This document shows positions 26,481 through 39,069 of a stretch of 64,000 nt of DNA, piece after piece. The notes beneath the pieces were generated by a model. That model saw only the letters and a program-made list of their open reading frames with translations. It was not told where the DNA came from and searched no databases. Positions within the stretch are counted from its first letter, which is position 1, and the number at the start of each line of letters is the position of its first letter. The translations under genes and the position numbers were made by a program. This DNA comes from Eledone cirrhosa (Eukaryota): the NCBI GenBank assembly GCA_964016885.1, contig OZ024742.1, forward strand, positions 45,260,001-45,324,000. The letters are read 5' to 3'.

Positions 26481-26906
26481 ATATGTGTGTGTGTGTGTGC
26501 GTGTATACAAATAAATAAGTAATTAAATAAACGTATATAAATAAATAAATACCTATATAACAAGCGCACACACATACCTACATGTAAATACACAAATGTT
26601 CGGAGACGTACGTCAACCAAAACATGAAGTACACGTATACACACACCCAACATATGTACGAACCCGCATACTCACACAGACGCAAAACTCCCGTATACAC
26701 ATAACCAAAAGCATATGTACCAGAATATATAAAAATATACGCCATAACATATAAAATCAAATATACGTACGAGAAAGTATACGTACCTTCACAAAACATA
26801 CAGGTAATATATACTTACCTATGCAAATAGGTAATGGTATAAACATAACATATACTTAGCTACCACATCAAGACGTAAAATATCCACGTATAGATCGTAC
26901 TATCCG

Positions 26907-27395
26907 TTAGGGTATAATGTGGGGCTGTAATACAGGAAAGTTTTGTGCAATTTGTTTACAAGCCGAAATTGCCTCAGATTTTTTGTTTAAGATGTGGTCT
27001 GTGGCGTAGAGTATTTCCAGGGCCTCAGCGGCGCAGAGGTCACATGGTCTTTTATTTCCGTTATATAATCTAGCCCTAGCTAGGATCTCCCAGTGTAACT
27101 TATATTGGGTGTGGTTGTCTTTTAGACTCCAGATATAAGCTGAAAGTGACGTCATATTCCTTCTTAGAGGGTAACGAAAAGAATGGGTATGCAGGTAAAG
27201 ACGCTGCTTGAATCTATTGGCGGTTAACCCTATGTAGGCCCTACGGGACGTGGGTGTTTCAACCTTACATTTGTAGACAATGTTACTAGAGAGGCATTTC
27301 CCGGATAGGGGGCAATCAACCCTATTCCTACAATTACAGTTAGTACTAACTACAGGGTTGCACGCTCTATATATACACTCTGCAAACTACAGCCG
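26907..27395 (-). mobile_element. Neptune-type PLE GIY-YIG endonuclease fragment
   Basis: CNCRNRVDCPLSGKCLSSNIVYKCKV...AYIGLTANRFKQR...H.HSFR...TSLSAYIWSLKD...CDLCAAE...LNKKSEAISACK. Confidence 0.9.
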
Positions 27396-27497
27396 CCTTA
27401 AACCTGGAACATAACCCAATGAGTGACAAACCCTGTAACAGCATCAAGTGCTTTGACCAACATCGCCACTAGTAACCACAAGTTATTTACATAATAA

Positions 27498-27536
<39 letters not shown>

Positions 27537-28185
27537 CAAAGGAATTGTGATAAGGAACCAGATCGACCATAACGCACGACAGTACTCAATACTTAGGGTA
27601 GTAGAGTGGGAAATAGGAAAAAGTATGACCCCGACGGCAGAGCTCAAGCCGTTTTGACGGCTATTTCTGGACTAAATTAGAATGTTTAGCCTGGTGAATA
27701 AATAGCCGAACTTTGGTAACCGCATGCAAACACAGATTGCGTAGGACTTACCTCGCCCTCAAACCCCATAACGACCGGGTGGGTAGACAATGGCTGATAA
27801 CCCCCCCCCCCCCTACACACACACACTTGCCGAATAAGTTAGGAGATACCCCAGCTTACATAGGTAGATGTATCTCTTTTATTTTCCTCTATGCCTTCAT
27901 CTTCCCCCTGTCTCATCCTATCACTTCCTCGTCTGCTTTTCCCCTTTCGCCTACCCCGATGCAGCCCATCGGGCCTTTGTAGCATCAGTTCCCCCACCCC
28001 TGTAATTTTAAGATAGAATTGGCCGAATACGTTTTACTAACTACTTATAGCAGATGTGTTAGACCCCTTTAATTTTGTTTCAGTTTTATTACTACTCCAT
28101 TTCTACAATTTTTTTCTATTCTCAACTTATTAACCTGTAATAGTAAGATAGCATGTGTTGTATCAGATGAAAGAATGGTATTTAA

Positions 28186-30022
28186 CTAATGTATTGGTAC
28201 GCGATGGGGCCCACCAACAGCCCCGGCGGACAGAATGGAGAAGGCGTTTCCCCGGAGGACGGCAAGGTAGACGCGCTGGAAAAGCCACTCCAACTCGTGG
28301 GGTTCACACCTGAGGCTGACCAGCTCAGCGCCTATAGTGGTGAGTAAAGAGGTAGCCCTGGGGCCGAGGACACCAGAAGTCTCCACTGCCAGGGGAACGA
28401 CCGCAATTTAAGGAGTTTGGCCCCCTCAGCCTTACGTGCAGCAGAACCTGGGTCAGTCGCAGACTGCACCAGGTTGCGGCTGCAGAAAGTGTCGGTGCAA
28501 GTGACATCCCAGACGAGGGCTTTGCCACCGCGGAACGGGAAGATGTTCATGCCATCTGGCCTTTTGCCGCCCCCTCGATCCAGCCCCACCGGCTCGAGCT
28601 GGGAAGGGAAGCCTGCAGCGTCCAAGCCATGCTTAATGACCTCGTTGAGGGCAGCATGGCGTGGAATGCGGCCTGCACTGTGGCGACAGGAAAGTGGGTG
28701 GAGGCCGAAAGCGTCCACGGTGGAACCGCAGCGACATTGGTGTGGCTGGCAGATCCGGAGGCCGAGCCTCAGGGAAACGCCGATTCGCAGGCTATGGTTG
28801 TCTAGCTGCGTGCCAGTGGGTAAGGAGGGCAGGGCATGGAGCCAGGTACCACTGTGGGGTTTGGAGACCGCACGAAAACAAGCAAGGCGGTGCTGGTCGA
28901 GCTAGCGCGTGAGCCTGTCTGAGGCCAGGCTGCACTGGATGGCATCCCAAGTGCGTTGGGGGGACTTGACGTCAACAAGGGGAGAAGGAGGAGGGACGTC
29001 TACTGGGCTAAGTCCCAGCCGGTCCCACGTCTCACAGGCGGCCTCGCGTTCTCTGAACACAGAGGGTTCTGTTGTGTTTTGAAGAACCCTGCTGACGAGG
29101 ACGTGGCATGATATTACCGACGAAAGATACGCCGGCAAAGCTAGTGAGATCGGGGACCGGAGGCCAAGGCCGACATACCTGACCGGTAAAGTGGCCTGTT
29201 GCCACCCTATGTCGTCAAACTTGACGTTGCATATCCCCTCGGCTGCTGCTCGGATACAAGTATCGAGGTCAGCGAGGAGAGATATCTGGCTGTAGCATGG
29301 AGCGCTGTGGAGTGTATAGAGGAGCTTTGGCATGGCGAAGCAGTTCCTCAGCAGAAAGAGAGCAGGGTGGCCGTCAATCAAGCCCAGTCGGCTCGTGAGA
29401 GTCTGGAGCTGTTGAAGCCTGGACCTGATGGTGGAGCGGATAGCCGGCGGGTGGATCGGTGACCCGATGATGAGGACATCCTCTTTGGGGGTCACCTGAA
29501 CCTGGCGGAGAATGGACTGCACGTCCAAGACGGAGGCTGCAAAGCTCGCAGCATCGAGGCTGACGTTCACCACCTCCGACTTGGCCGAGTTGACCTGGAG
29601 GCCGATTGCCGCCAGGGCAGGAATCACCGATTGAATGTCTTGGCAGACCGTCCGTACGGGCCCGCCCAACGTAGCATCATCCAGATACCAAACGTTGAGA
29701 GGGGCCGTGATACTCCGGGCGATGTGGTCAATACCAAGGGCGAACAGGAGAGGTCCCAACGGGTCGCCCTGTTGGACCCCAGTAGCCGAGGGTATGACCG
29801 TATCAGCAGCTAGGAGCATGCTCGGGGCTCCATATGACAGGTAGGCCAGCGGGTAGGCAGAGGGGGTTCGGCTGAGGCAGGCCTCGAGCAGATCATCCCC
29901 GGCATAAAGAGTTAAAGGCATTCCTCATGTCAAGCTTGACAATGAAGTGCCTGGAGTCTCTGGATGCCGGTACCAATGGGCAGCTGCTGAAGAACTGCCT
30001 GATTGCATGAGCGGCTCCTTCA
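28186..30022 (-). mobile_element. CRE-clade non-LTR retrotransposon (RT + CCHC + restriction-like endonuclease), 5' truncated
   Basis: KLDMRNAFN, GVQQGDPLGPLLF, WYLDD, GLGL, CRCG...H.LSC...RH, KRPDG...WDVTC and QR...RGNA. GC-rich, with frameshifts and stops. Confidence 0.85.
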
Positions 30023-30340
30023 TGTGATTTTTTTTATTCATTTCTCACTATCTAATTTTATATATATTTTTTTTAATTTCTATTATCTTTTATTGTCTCC
30101 TACTCTCATTCGAATTACCTATTCTATAACCTCCCTCCTCCTTTTCATACACTATCCTTAGAATCTGCTGTATACATATCACTTTCAACGCTTGACCGAC
30201 CGGCTCCACTCACTCCACTATTATTCTACAGGCAAGTTCAGCCACCCCTACCTCCCACCAAATGCCATGATAGACTTATTTGTGTTTACAACAAATTTTA
30301 ACCAATCCTCTTGACAACTACAATCTTCATATATAAGGAA

Positions 30341-30444
30341 GTACCCCATTGACAAGTTCGGCTATTTATTCACCAGGCTAAAAATTCTAATTTAGTCCAG
30401 AAATAGCCGTCGAAACGGCTTGAGCTCTGCCGTCGGGGTCATAC
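30341..30444 (+). ncRNA. Hammerhead ribozyme variant (U3-A8 core, long stem II, 5-bp stem III)
   Basis: gtacccca-TTGACAA-g..cggctattt...aaatagccg.c-GAAAC-ggc(ttgagctct)gcc-GTC-ggggt. Confidence 0.65.
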
Positions 30445-30449
30445 TTTTT

Positions 30450-30487
<38 letters not shown>

Positions 30488-30488
<1 letters not shown>

Positions 30489-31542
30489 TAGCAGAGGTAC
30501 TCGGCGTTACTCGGATATTAAATAGCAATTGTGTATACCATTTATGTCAATACTTCAGTGCTGCTTCGAAAACTATACTTTTACAAAATCATCGGCTTTT
30601 TCCAAAAGGGGGTTCCTGCCCCCAGGGGTCCCCTACCCAATATGTGCCAATTCTGAGAGTTCACATTCATCTGTAGGACAAACGTAGCCCATGTGTCAAG
30701 TTTTGTGAAAATAACGTTTTGTTGCATTGCACTGCAGTGCTTCAGTCGACTCCAAGGAAGTGGTTAAAGTGGTTATCTGCCGGGGAGCCATATAATCAAT
30801 ATCTGGAAAAATGAAAGTGCCCATGACCATCCGGAGTAGATAAGTAACCTATGTCTTAAGTTTGGTGAAAATACTGTAGAAATGCATAAGGTTTATATAT
30901 ACGCGCGTGCGTTCGTGTATGTGCGTGTGTGTGTGTGTGTGTGTGTTTGTGTGTGTGTAGGGGGGGTATGTATTTGTGTGTGCGTGTGTATGTGTATGTA
31001 CGTCGGGGCATACGTATGTACTCGCCTAAATCTTCACTATTTACTTTTACTATTTTAATAACCTCTATCATTTTCGTTTTCAATTTTATTTACATCATTC
31101 TTAAACTCAGGGGCTGGAAATCATTCTGTTATTTTAAATAGAATATTAGTCTAACGACTCCATTTATACCATAAACTTGGTCTTGTCTTTGCATGAAATT
31201 GTTCTTCACGCTCCACATAACGACGTATTATCCTCGCTTTTTTCCCGTTTATTGCCAGGGAACACCTTCACGAACCAAAATATCGTTTTCCTGTTTTCGT
31301 TCGGTTGCAACGTTTCTCGAAATAATTACTTCTGCGTTCACAGATTACTCTCAGTTCAATTTGAATGGGAAATTCCTGTTTCATCGATTTTGTAGATTGT
31401 AGTTTGAAAGTCGACCCAACGCCTCCTCAGGTCATTCTGCATAACTGTGTACATTTTCGCTGCATTCCACCAAGCCGTTTCGACGTTTATCCGACTACAC
31501 CTACATATACAACGTCCGACCACTTCCAATTTATATAGTAGA
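30488..31542 (-). mobile_element. Non-autonomous Helitron
   Basis: Minus strand A|TCTACTATATAAA ... GC-rich subterminal segment ... CTAG|T. Confidence 0.7.
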
Positions 31543-31651
31543 TTTGTTTATATATGAATGACAAAAAGAAAAGTACAAAACTATACATGAATTGTTTCTA
31601 CTAAACCTTCAATTTAAGACACAACCTACATATTTGATAGGACTCCAGCTC

Positions 31652-31682
<31 letters not shown>

Positions 31683-31795
31683 CTTCTTCTTCTTCTTCTT
31701 CTTCTTCTTTTGCTCCCCCTGGAACATTGGGCTGCGAGTCACCCCCACACAACGCCATGTTCTGAGTCTGCTTTTCAACTCCACCGTGATGCACG
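31652..31795 (-). mobile_element. RTE-type 3' end with (GAA)n tail
   Basis: (TTC)n at 31652-31710 abuts an RTE-like terminal segment. Confidence 0.45.
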
Positions 31796-32454
31796 GTGCG
31801 TCATGGTGTATCTAACCATTTTTTTTTAGGTCTTACTGCGGCTGATTTCTTCCAGAGAGAAAGAAAGAGATGGAAAAATGCAGAGAAGATTCATCCCCGG
31901 AGGAATAATAAAAAATGTTTACACTGCACATTTCATTTTTTCAACGCTAAAGCTACCGATCCAAAATCAGTAATTCAAATCCCTGAAAACTTTCAAATAT
32001 ATGCTGTTCTACATTACAGTTGATATTTTTTTTATTAAAGCGTTTTCATATTATATATATATATACATATATATATATATAGTGACGAAACATAAGTCAA
32101 TTGCATGAACTCATAATCCTTTATTTACTACTTTATTTGTATGAAATTGTAAATAAGACAAAAGTATTAGAACAGGGGGAAATAACTCACCGAACGCGAT
32201 AGTTTTGAGGCCCCAGGGACCAGATTTGAAACCTCGTCTATTTGCTTCCTTAGCACTTTTTACATAGGTGTGTAAATTTTCATATCAGTCCGACCACGTC
32301 TACTACCATTTAACCGTGCACATCTGAATTTCAACCACCACACATTTCACAAATATATATTAGATTAGATATATCTTCCTGCTATATCAAGCGCTAACCT
32401 AATATATCCCTTCCATATACTGTACCGATTGTGTTGTTATTTCTGTTTACCTAT

Positions 32455-32486
<32 letters not shown>

Positions 32487-32642
32487 GTTATACTTTGGGA
32501 GGGTCATGTTGCCAATAAGAAACACACGCACCAGTTGCTTTCACTTCAATTTAATTTAATATATATTTATAAATTTACAAATTTATAAATTTCTGGTTGG
32601 TTGGTTGGTTCCACAACCAGATAGTTGTTTATATATATATAT

Positions 32643-32687
32643 AGTCATAGTTCTTTCGTCACACACTCTGTGACCTCTTCAGTGACT
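32643..32687 (-). ncRNA. Minimal type I hammerhead ribozyme
   Basis: Minus strand: agtca-CTGAAGA-g-gtcac(agagtgt)gtgac-GAAA-gaac-TA-tgact. Confidence 0.75.
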
Positions 32688-32735
32688 GGGGATTTCTTTC
32701 TTCGTTTCTGTGCCTTTCCTTTCTTCTATCCTACG

Positions 32736-32876
32736 CCATAGTTACGTCCCTTTACGTCTGAGTTCAAATCCCGCCGAGGTTGACTTTTCCTTTCATCCTT
32801 ACGGGGTCGATAAAATAAAGTACCAGTAATGCACTGGGTAATTGCTGGCCTTGTGCCTAAAGTAGAAACAATTATT
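32736..32876 (+). mobile_element. Nin-domain SINE (5' truncated)
   Basis: Matches 13859-13999. Confidence 0.85.
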
Positions 32877-32962
32877 CTATAAATACTCCGTCATTCCTAT
32901 GCAGAAAAAGTACGTTGAGTTCTTGAATGGAATTGCATCAATATTTTATTGTATATATATAT

Positions 32963-33281
32963 ATCATCATCATTTCATTTTACGTCCGCTTTTTCCCTGC
33001 TTGCAAGGGTGGGACGGGAACTGATTCTGGCTTGATTTCTACAGCTGGATTCCCTTGCTAACACCAACCTCATTTACAGTGAGTGCTGGGTGCTTGTTTT
33101 CTGTGGCGTCTACACGTCCACTTTACAGTGTGGGCTGGGTGCTTTTTTGCCGTGGCACCTCAACGACCACTTTGCAGTGGAATGATAGGGACCCAGTCCT
33201 ATCATCTCATTTCTACAGCTGAGTAAACTGGAGCAATGTGAAATAAAGTGTCTTGCTCAAGGAAACAACACATCACCCGGT
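32963..33281 (-). mobile_element. Meta-domain SINE, head truncated
   Basis: Inverse homology to 9115-9357. Confidence 0.8.
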
Positions 33282-33529
33282 TTACAGATACACAGATACA
33301 CTTGCCCTAACATATATATTTACGCACACTTTTTCACTATACGTATACATTTGTACATACACATATATGTACATCTGTGAGCGTATATACATACATATAC
33401 ACACACCTAACTATATTTCTTGAAAGATTTTTATATATTTCATATGGCTATTGTAATTCATTTGTCTATATTTATATAATTTTTTTGCTTTTCTTGATGA
33501 GACTTTCCAAGTATTTAGCCATGTTTTAT

Positions 33530-33608
33530 ATTGCCTCGTCTGACGAACGAATGAAGACGTTTCTTTCGTATTCGCCTCATTCGGGAAATCTCTGGTAATG
33601 AGGTAATT
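33530..33608 (+). ncRNA. Type I hammerhead ribozyme with extended stem II
   Basis: ttgcctcgt-CTGACGA-a-cgaatga...tcattcg-g-GAAA-tctctg-GTA-atgaggtaa. Confidence 0.75.
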
Positions 33609-33627
33609 ATATTGTATTGATTTTTAT

Positions 33628-33696
<69 letters not shown>

Positions 33697-33732
33697 GGAC
33701 GCACATGGCTTCGTGGTTAGAGCATATATATA

Positions 33733-34370
33733 TGAAAAAATGGGGAGAAGAATACTGCTGGTTGCACATGGATAACATGTAATAAAATAAGTCCCTCATC
33801 AGTGATTTGCCGACGATCATAGATATTTCATTGCATTAAAAATCATATACCTCACGTCGGTGCAATAATAACTAAATTAAGCTATTAGGACAATTAAAAC
33901 GCGTAAAGCGAGTGAGACAAGATAACAACAAAGAGGATAGCTAACCGTAGAACGAAGGAGACAAGCTTCATAGTCATTCTGTTAGCATAAGCTAGGTGAA
34001 TATATGAGCGCTTAGAAAAAAGACCTTTCAGCAGCGGATTCAAATGTGAGAGAGAGAAAATGACTTCGTCGCGAACGGGGTGAAGTGAGAAGAGGAGAAA
34101 CAGTGAGTGAGTGAGTGGAAGTGTGAGAAAGAGTTAACTGACATGACAGAGGGGGCGAAAGAAAGCAGGAGAAACAGAGAGAGCGAGGGAGCAGCAAGAG
34201 AGAGAAAAAAAAACAGAATCGCAGTATAGGTAAATATATGTGAAAAAATGGGGAGAAGAATACTGCTGGTTGCACATGGATAACATGTAATAAAATAAGT
34301 CCCTCATCAGTGATTTGCCGACGATCATAGATATTTCATTGCATTAAAAATCATATACCTCACGTCGGTG

Positions 34371-34373
<3 letters not shown>
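33733..34373. mobile_element. Small element with 133-bp direct terminal repeats in (TA)n
   Basis: 33733-33865 matches 34241-34373 (offset 508). Non-coding interior. Confidence 0.7.
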
Positions 34374-34453
<80 letters not shown>

Positions 34454-34759
34454 GTTAGAAAATGATTAAAACGAAATGTTTTACTTTGTGTGAAGTGTCA
34501 AGGTATTAGTTGATTTATTTATTATTTAATTAACAATGGCATTTATTTATCTATTTATATATTTAATTATTGTTTATTTAAAATAGAATGTTGAACCTTC
34601 TATTAGATTTATGCATATGCCACAGTTGGGCCTTCCGCATTTTGTTACTGTAGGGTTCATACAACACACTCATATACATACATACATACATATATATATA
34701 TATGTATGTATGTATATATATACATGTATGGGTGTATGAGTGCATGTGTGTGTATGTAC

Positions 34760-34803
<44 letters not shown>

Positions 34804-35032
34804 GGATTAACAAATAATAGTTAAATGCAGTCCACTTAGGTGAAGTCCAGTTATGGTATTCCAGGTAGTGGATGATATTAACGCTTGGCTTGGTTTGACT
34901 CAACAAGGCGTTTTCATAGTGATGCTGCGGGTATGCTGTAATTCCTATGTTGTAAACACTTGGAGTAATATTAAATCAGGAAAGAAGGTTTACATGGTTT
35001 GCTATACAAAAAAGTTTTTAATCACATAGCTT

Positions 35033-36614
35033 CTAATCTTACCCATGATGAAATTGAAATAATAATAGCGGCTAGAAGGACTATCGTAAAATTTGAAAAT
35101 AACTACTGGGTAAGAAAGGATAGAATAAATAGCTTCGATATTACAATGGGATCAAATGATTCTGCGCAAATTACAGATATCGTGGGGCTATTCATAGCAC
35201 ACAACCTACATAAGGAATTCAGTAACCTCCAAGGAGGAATTTATAGGGACGACACGTTACTTATAGCTAGGAACCTAAACAACCAGAGCATGGAAAGACT
35301 AAGGAAAAATATTAGAATATTCTTCAAAAAACTAGGCCTAAGTATTACCTACGAACTAAACCATAAGAAGGTAAATTTCCTAGATGTAACTCTAAATCTA
35401 AATACTGGATTAATAGAACCTTTCCACAAAAATAATGAAAATCTTGCCTACATTAGTTACAACTCAAATCACCCCAAATCCATAATTAAATCCATAGCAC
35501 GTAGTATATCCCTCCGAATATCCCGCCTATCCTCAAACCTAGAAATCTTTAACGAGCATGCTGACTATTATAATGCAGCATTAAGTAGGGCCGGTCATAA
35601 AGATAAACTACAGTATATAGTGAATAAGGACAACATAAACAATCCTAGTAATTTCTACTCCAACCGCTCACATAATAATAGGAATAGCTTGACTAGACAT
35701 AGGGTTAGACATGTAACACCTAGAGTAAACGGCCAAAACACTAATAACGTAAACCCTAGAAACAATAGAAGAAACAGACAAAGAAAATACCTATGGTTCA
35801 ACCCAATATTCAACTCCTCTATAAAAACTAGACTGCCCTCTACATTCTTTAAACTAATAGATAAACACTTCCCTATCTCGCATAGATATCACAAAATACT
35901 CAATAGATCTACTATAAAACTCTCTTTCTCAACAGCAGCTAACATAGAATCACACATACGCAAGATCAACCACAGAAATATCTCAAGTAAATCAATTGCA
36001 CCTATACATAAGCACAAACTCATCACAACATCACAACCACAAGCGCATACAAACGCGCAGCAGCAAAACCCCATGGGGCATATATCACAACCCACTTATA
36101 ACAGGGTACTAAATAGGAATGTAAAAGCTGCACAAAATAGCGCCTCAAACTGCAACAGTCAGCTACCAGATAGGTGCCCATTGGCGAACAGATGTCTCGA
36201 TTCGAGCCTGGTGTACATGTGCACTGTCATCACGGGTAAACATAGGATTTATCGTGGGGCTATTCATAGCACACAACCTACATAAGGAATTCCATAGGAT
36301 CCACCGCGGGTTCTTTTAAGAAAAGATGGTATGTGCACAGGCACTCAATGAAAAATCGAGCACTTATGGGTTCCACCACCCTCGCCAGAAAAATATGGGA
36401 ATTGAAGGACAGCAACGCTAGCTACACTATCAACTGGTCGAAGTTGTCGGCTGCTAAAACCTATAGTACAGGGATGTCCTATTGCGGGCTGTGTGACCTT
36501 GAGCTATTGTATATCCTTAGAAATGTTAAAAGGCTACTTAATAATAAGTTAGAAAGATCTATCTTCTGCAGACATAGAATAGCCACTAAATTCATAAGAT
36601 TCAAACCTCCGTGA
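35033..36614 (+). pseudogene. PLE reverse transcriptase / GIY-YIG endonuclease (disrupted)
   Basis: ORFs 34999-36285 and 36333-36614. The first 11 codons of the called ORF come from the inverted pLTR, and an insertion breaks the YIG motif. Confidence 0.85.
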
Positions 36615-36942
36615 ATCGAACCAACATAACATAGCTTTAAATTAGGATACCTACTACCCACAGAAATATATTCATTAAGTATACTATTTCCTTCACAAGT
36701 CTATACCACACAATTGTCTGTAAATACCTCATCTACCAACAATCTTACTCCTTCTCAGCTGCTGCAATCATTTGATCCTAGATCCTAGTTTTTCTCATTT
36801 CACTACTACAATGTTACTTTACCTTCTTTTTGCCATAACTACAATTAGCACGCTTTTCTCTTTGCATGTATGTATATTTTTGTACGAGTGTATATTGATG
36901 TGTATGTATGTGTCTATGTACACATATATGTGTATATATATT

Positions 36943-37003
<61 letters not shown>

Positions 37004-37366
37004 AGATATATGCGTATATTAATTCGTTAACCTCTGTATTAACTCTACAACTATTGAGCTTTGACAGTGGTCCCACTCATGTATACTGTTGAAGATGAAG
37101 AGAAGGACTGTAAAAACTAGCTTATCTTTATAATTTAAAATTGATACACACTACGATACTTTTTGCCTTATGACAGCTGATTTTCACGCCGTAACATTAG
37201 ATACATTATATACCCCCCCCCCCCCACCTAAGTAATGTCAGGGTCTCCTTAAATAGTTTATTGATAGCATTGTTGTAATAATTGTTGTTGTTATTGTTCT
37301 AATTGAATGCCATAACTACTCCATATTTTCTTTTCTTTTCTTGCCTGTGTATTTTCTTCATTCTCG

Positions 37367-37479
37367 CATGCTCCGAAGATCTGACTGGTTATAATTCTGT
37401 ATTGGCGATCGAGTGACGCAAAATTAGGCGGATAGCGATCTCTAGACAGACCAGTTCAGTGAAACAAATGTAAGCTATG
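37367..37479 (+). ncRNA. pLTR hammerhead ribozyme (U4C core variant, long stem II)
   Basis: catgct-CCGAAGA-t-ctgactggt...accagttcag-t-GAAAC-aaat-GTA-agctatg, at the expected pLTR position. Confidence 0.7.
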
Positions 37480-37527
37480 TGATTAAAAACTTTTTTGTAT
37501 AGCAAACCATGTAAACCTTCTTTCCTG

Positions 37528-37601
<74 letters not shown>

Positions 37602-38324
37602 GTGTATGGGTGTATGAGTGCCTGTGTGTGTATATATATATATATATACACACACATGCACTCATACACCCACTCACATACAATGAATGAAACAGTTTTA
37701 GTCCTGTAGAAGCCATTTCTATATTAAGGTACTCTATGTATTGAGTACCATACTTACTGTAGTTACCCCCAATTGAACCCAGGATACGTACACACCCACA
37801 CACATACACACACATATATATATATACATACATGCATATGCATTTATAAGCTCCTAGAATGAAAAATAAAATAAGGTGTGTGCATTGTGTCTATATATGT
37901 GTGCTTATACACATACTTACACAGTTTTATTGAGGAAACACGTGATATTTTACAAGCCCAAATGTTGTAGTTATAAGATGAAAGTAGATGTATAACCTGC
38001 CCTATAAGTCAACTCCAGCATATTAATTAAAATTACTTTATCAAAGCTTTGAAGGTATAACAAGCAAGGTGATCCTAGTGGAATTTGAAATCAGTATTTA
38101 AAAGAACAAAACTATTCTAAAAAAATATTTAGTCTAATACTATATCATTTTTGATATTTGTGGAAATACTAATTTTTATTAAATGGTAAGTTCTGAATAT
38201 TTTTAGTTTAACACAATTTACTACTGTTATTTGTCGATGGTCCTCTGTCTCCCTCTTTTTTCTCTCTCTTTTTCTCTCTCTCCCTCTCTATTCTCTATAC
38301 TTCTTTTCTTTGTTTTTCTCTTGT

Positions 38325-38632
38325 CAAGAAAGCCAAGGGTGTCTTGGCATCACTCAGCAAGACCTTTGTCAGCCGCTTTCCAGCTATCTATTTAAAGCTG
38401 TACGTGGCTATGGTGTGGCCACACTTAGAATTTGCATCACCAGTCTGGAACCCCTATCTTGTTCAGAATATTGACCTCCTGGAAACTGTTCAGAGATGAG
38501 CAACCAAGTGAATTCCCTCCATTAGGCATCTACCATACTCTGAACACCTTGCTACCCTGGACATGGATACATTAAAGCTCTGACGTCTGGAAACTGACTT
38601 GGGAAACACCCACAAAGTTATTAATCAGCTTA
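38325..38632 (+). mobile_element. CR1-clade LINE fragment
   Basis: LKLYVAMVWPHLEFASPVWNPYLVQNIDLLETVQR*ATK...LPYSEHL..L matches the CR1 post-RT motif. Confidence 0.85.
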
Positions 38633-38864
38633 GTGGTTGCTGTTTAGTACATTTAGGCATTCCAGATGTGACTGTACTATCATTTGTTTTAGGTATAGGA
38701 TACCATAGACTACAATATAATAAAAATAATGAAAATTATTGTATACAGTGCTCAGGTGCACTACAACTCATCAAAGCTACATGTATAATACATAGAATAA
38801 TGTACAAGTCTACATACCCTCTATTTTCAAATTCTCATTCAAATAACTTGTTTATTTTCAGATT

Positions 38865-38910
38865 ATGAAGTACATTATATTTCTATCTTTTTTCCTGAAG
38901 ATAGTTTACA
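38865..38910 (+). CDS. Candidate host first coding exon (signal peptide MKYIIFLSFFLKIVY)
   Basis: Acceptor tttattttcag ends at 38861, ATG at 38865, donor gtaagt at 38911 (phase 1). Confidence 0.4.
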
Positions 38911-39069
38911 GTAAGTAAATAATTTATTTTCCAAATTCTTTAAATAATATATTTCATCTCATCAGAATACAAACAGTGATTCATTTGATCATTATATTAT
39001 AATGTTATATTTCGGTTTCATTATCAGTACTTTTTTACATAATTTGAAATGGTTTTACAATTGCAATCC

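Larger units (their letters stand above)
27534..30454 (+). mobile_element. Truncated PLE with 5' inverted pLTR, interrupted by a CRE element
   Basis: Inverted arms 27613-27713 and 30354-30454, endonuclease C-terminus LVTACKHR at 27713, hammerhead at 30341-30444, (TA)n flanks. Confidence 0.75.
34802..37532 (+). mobile_element. Neptune-type Penelope-like element, 5' truncated with inverted pLTR
   Basis: RT motifs FDITMGS.DSA...GIYRDD...VNFLDV and WFNP, Cys linker CN...CPL...CL...VY, GIY-YIG half in ORF 36333-36614. Inverted repeat 34972-35032 and 37472-37532. (TA)n flanks. Confidence 0.9.
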
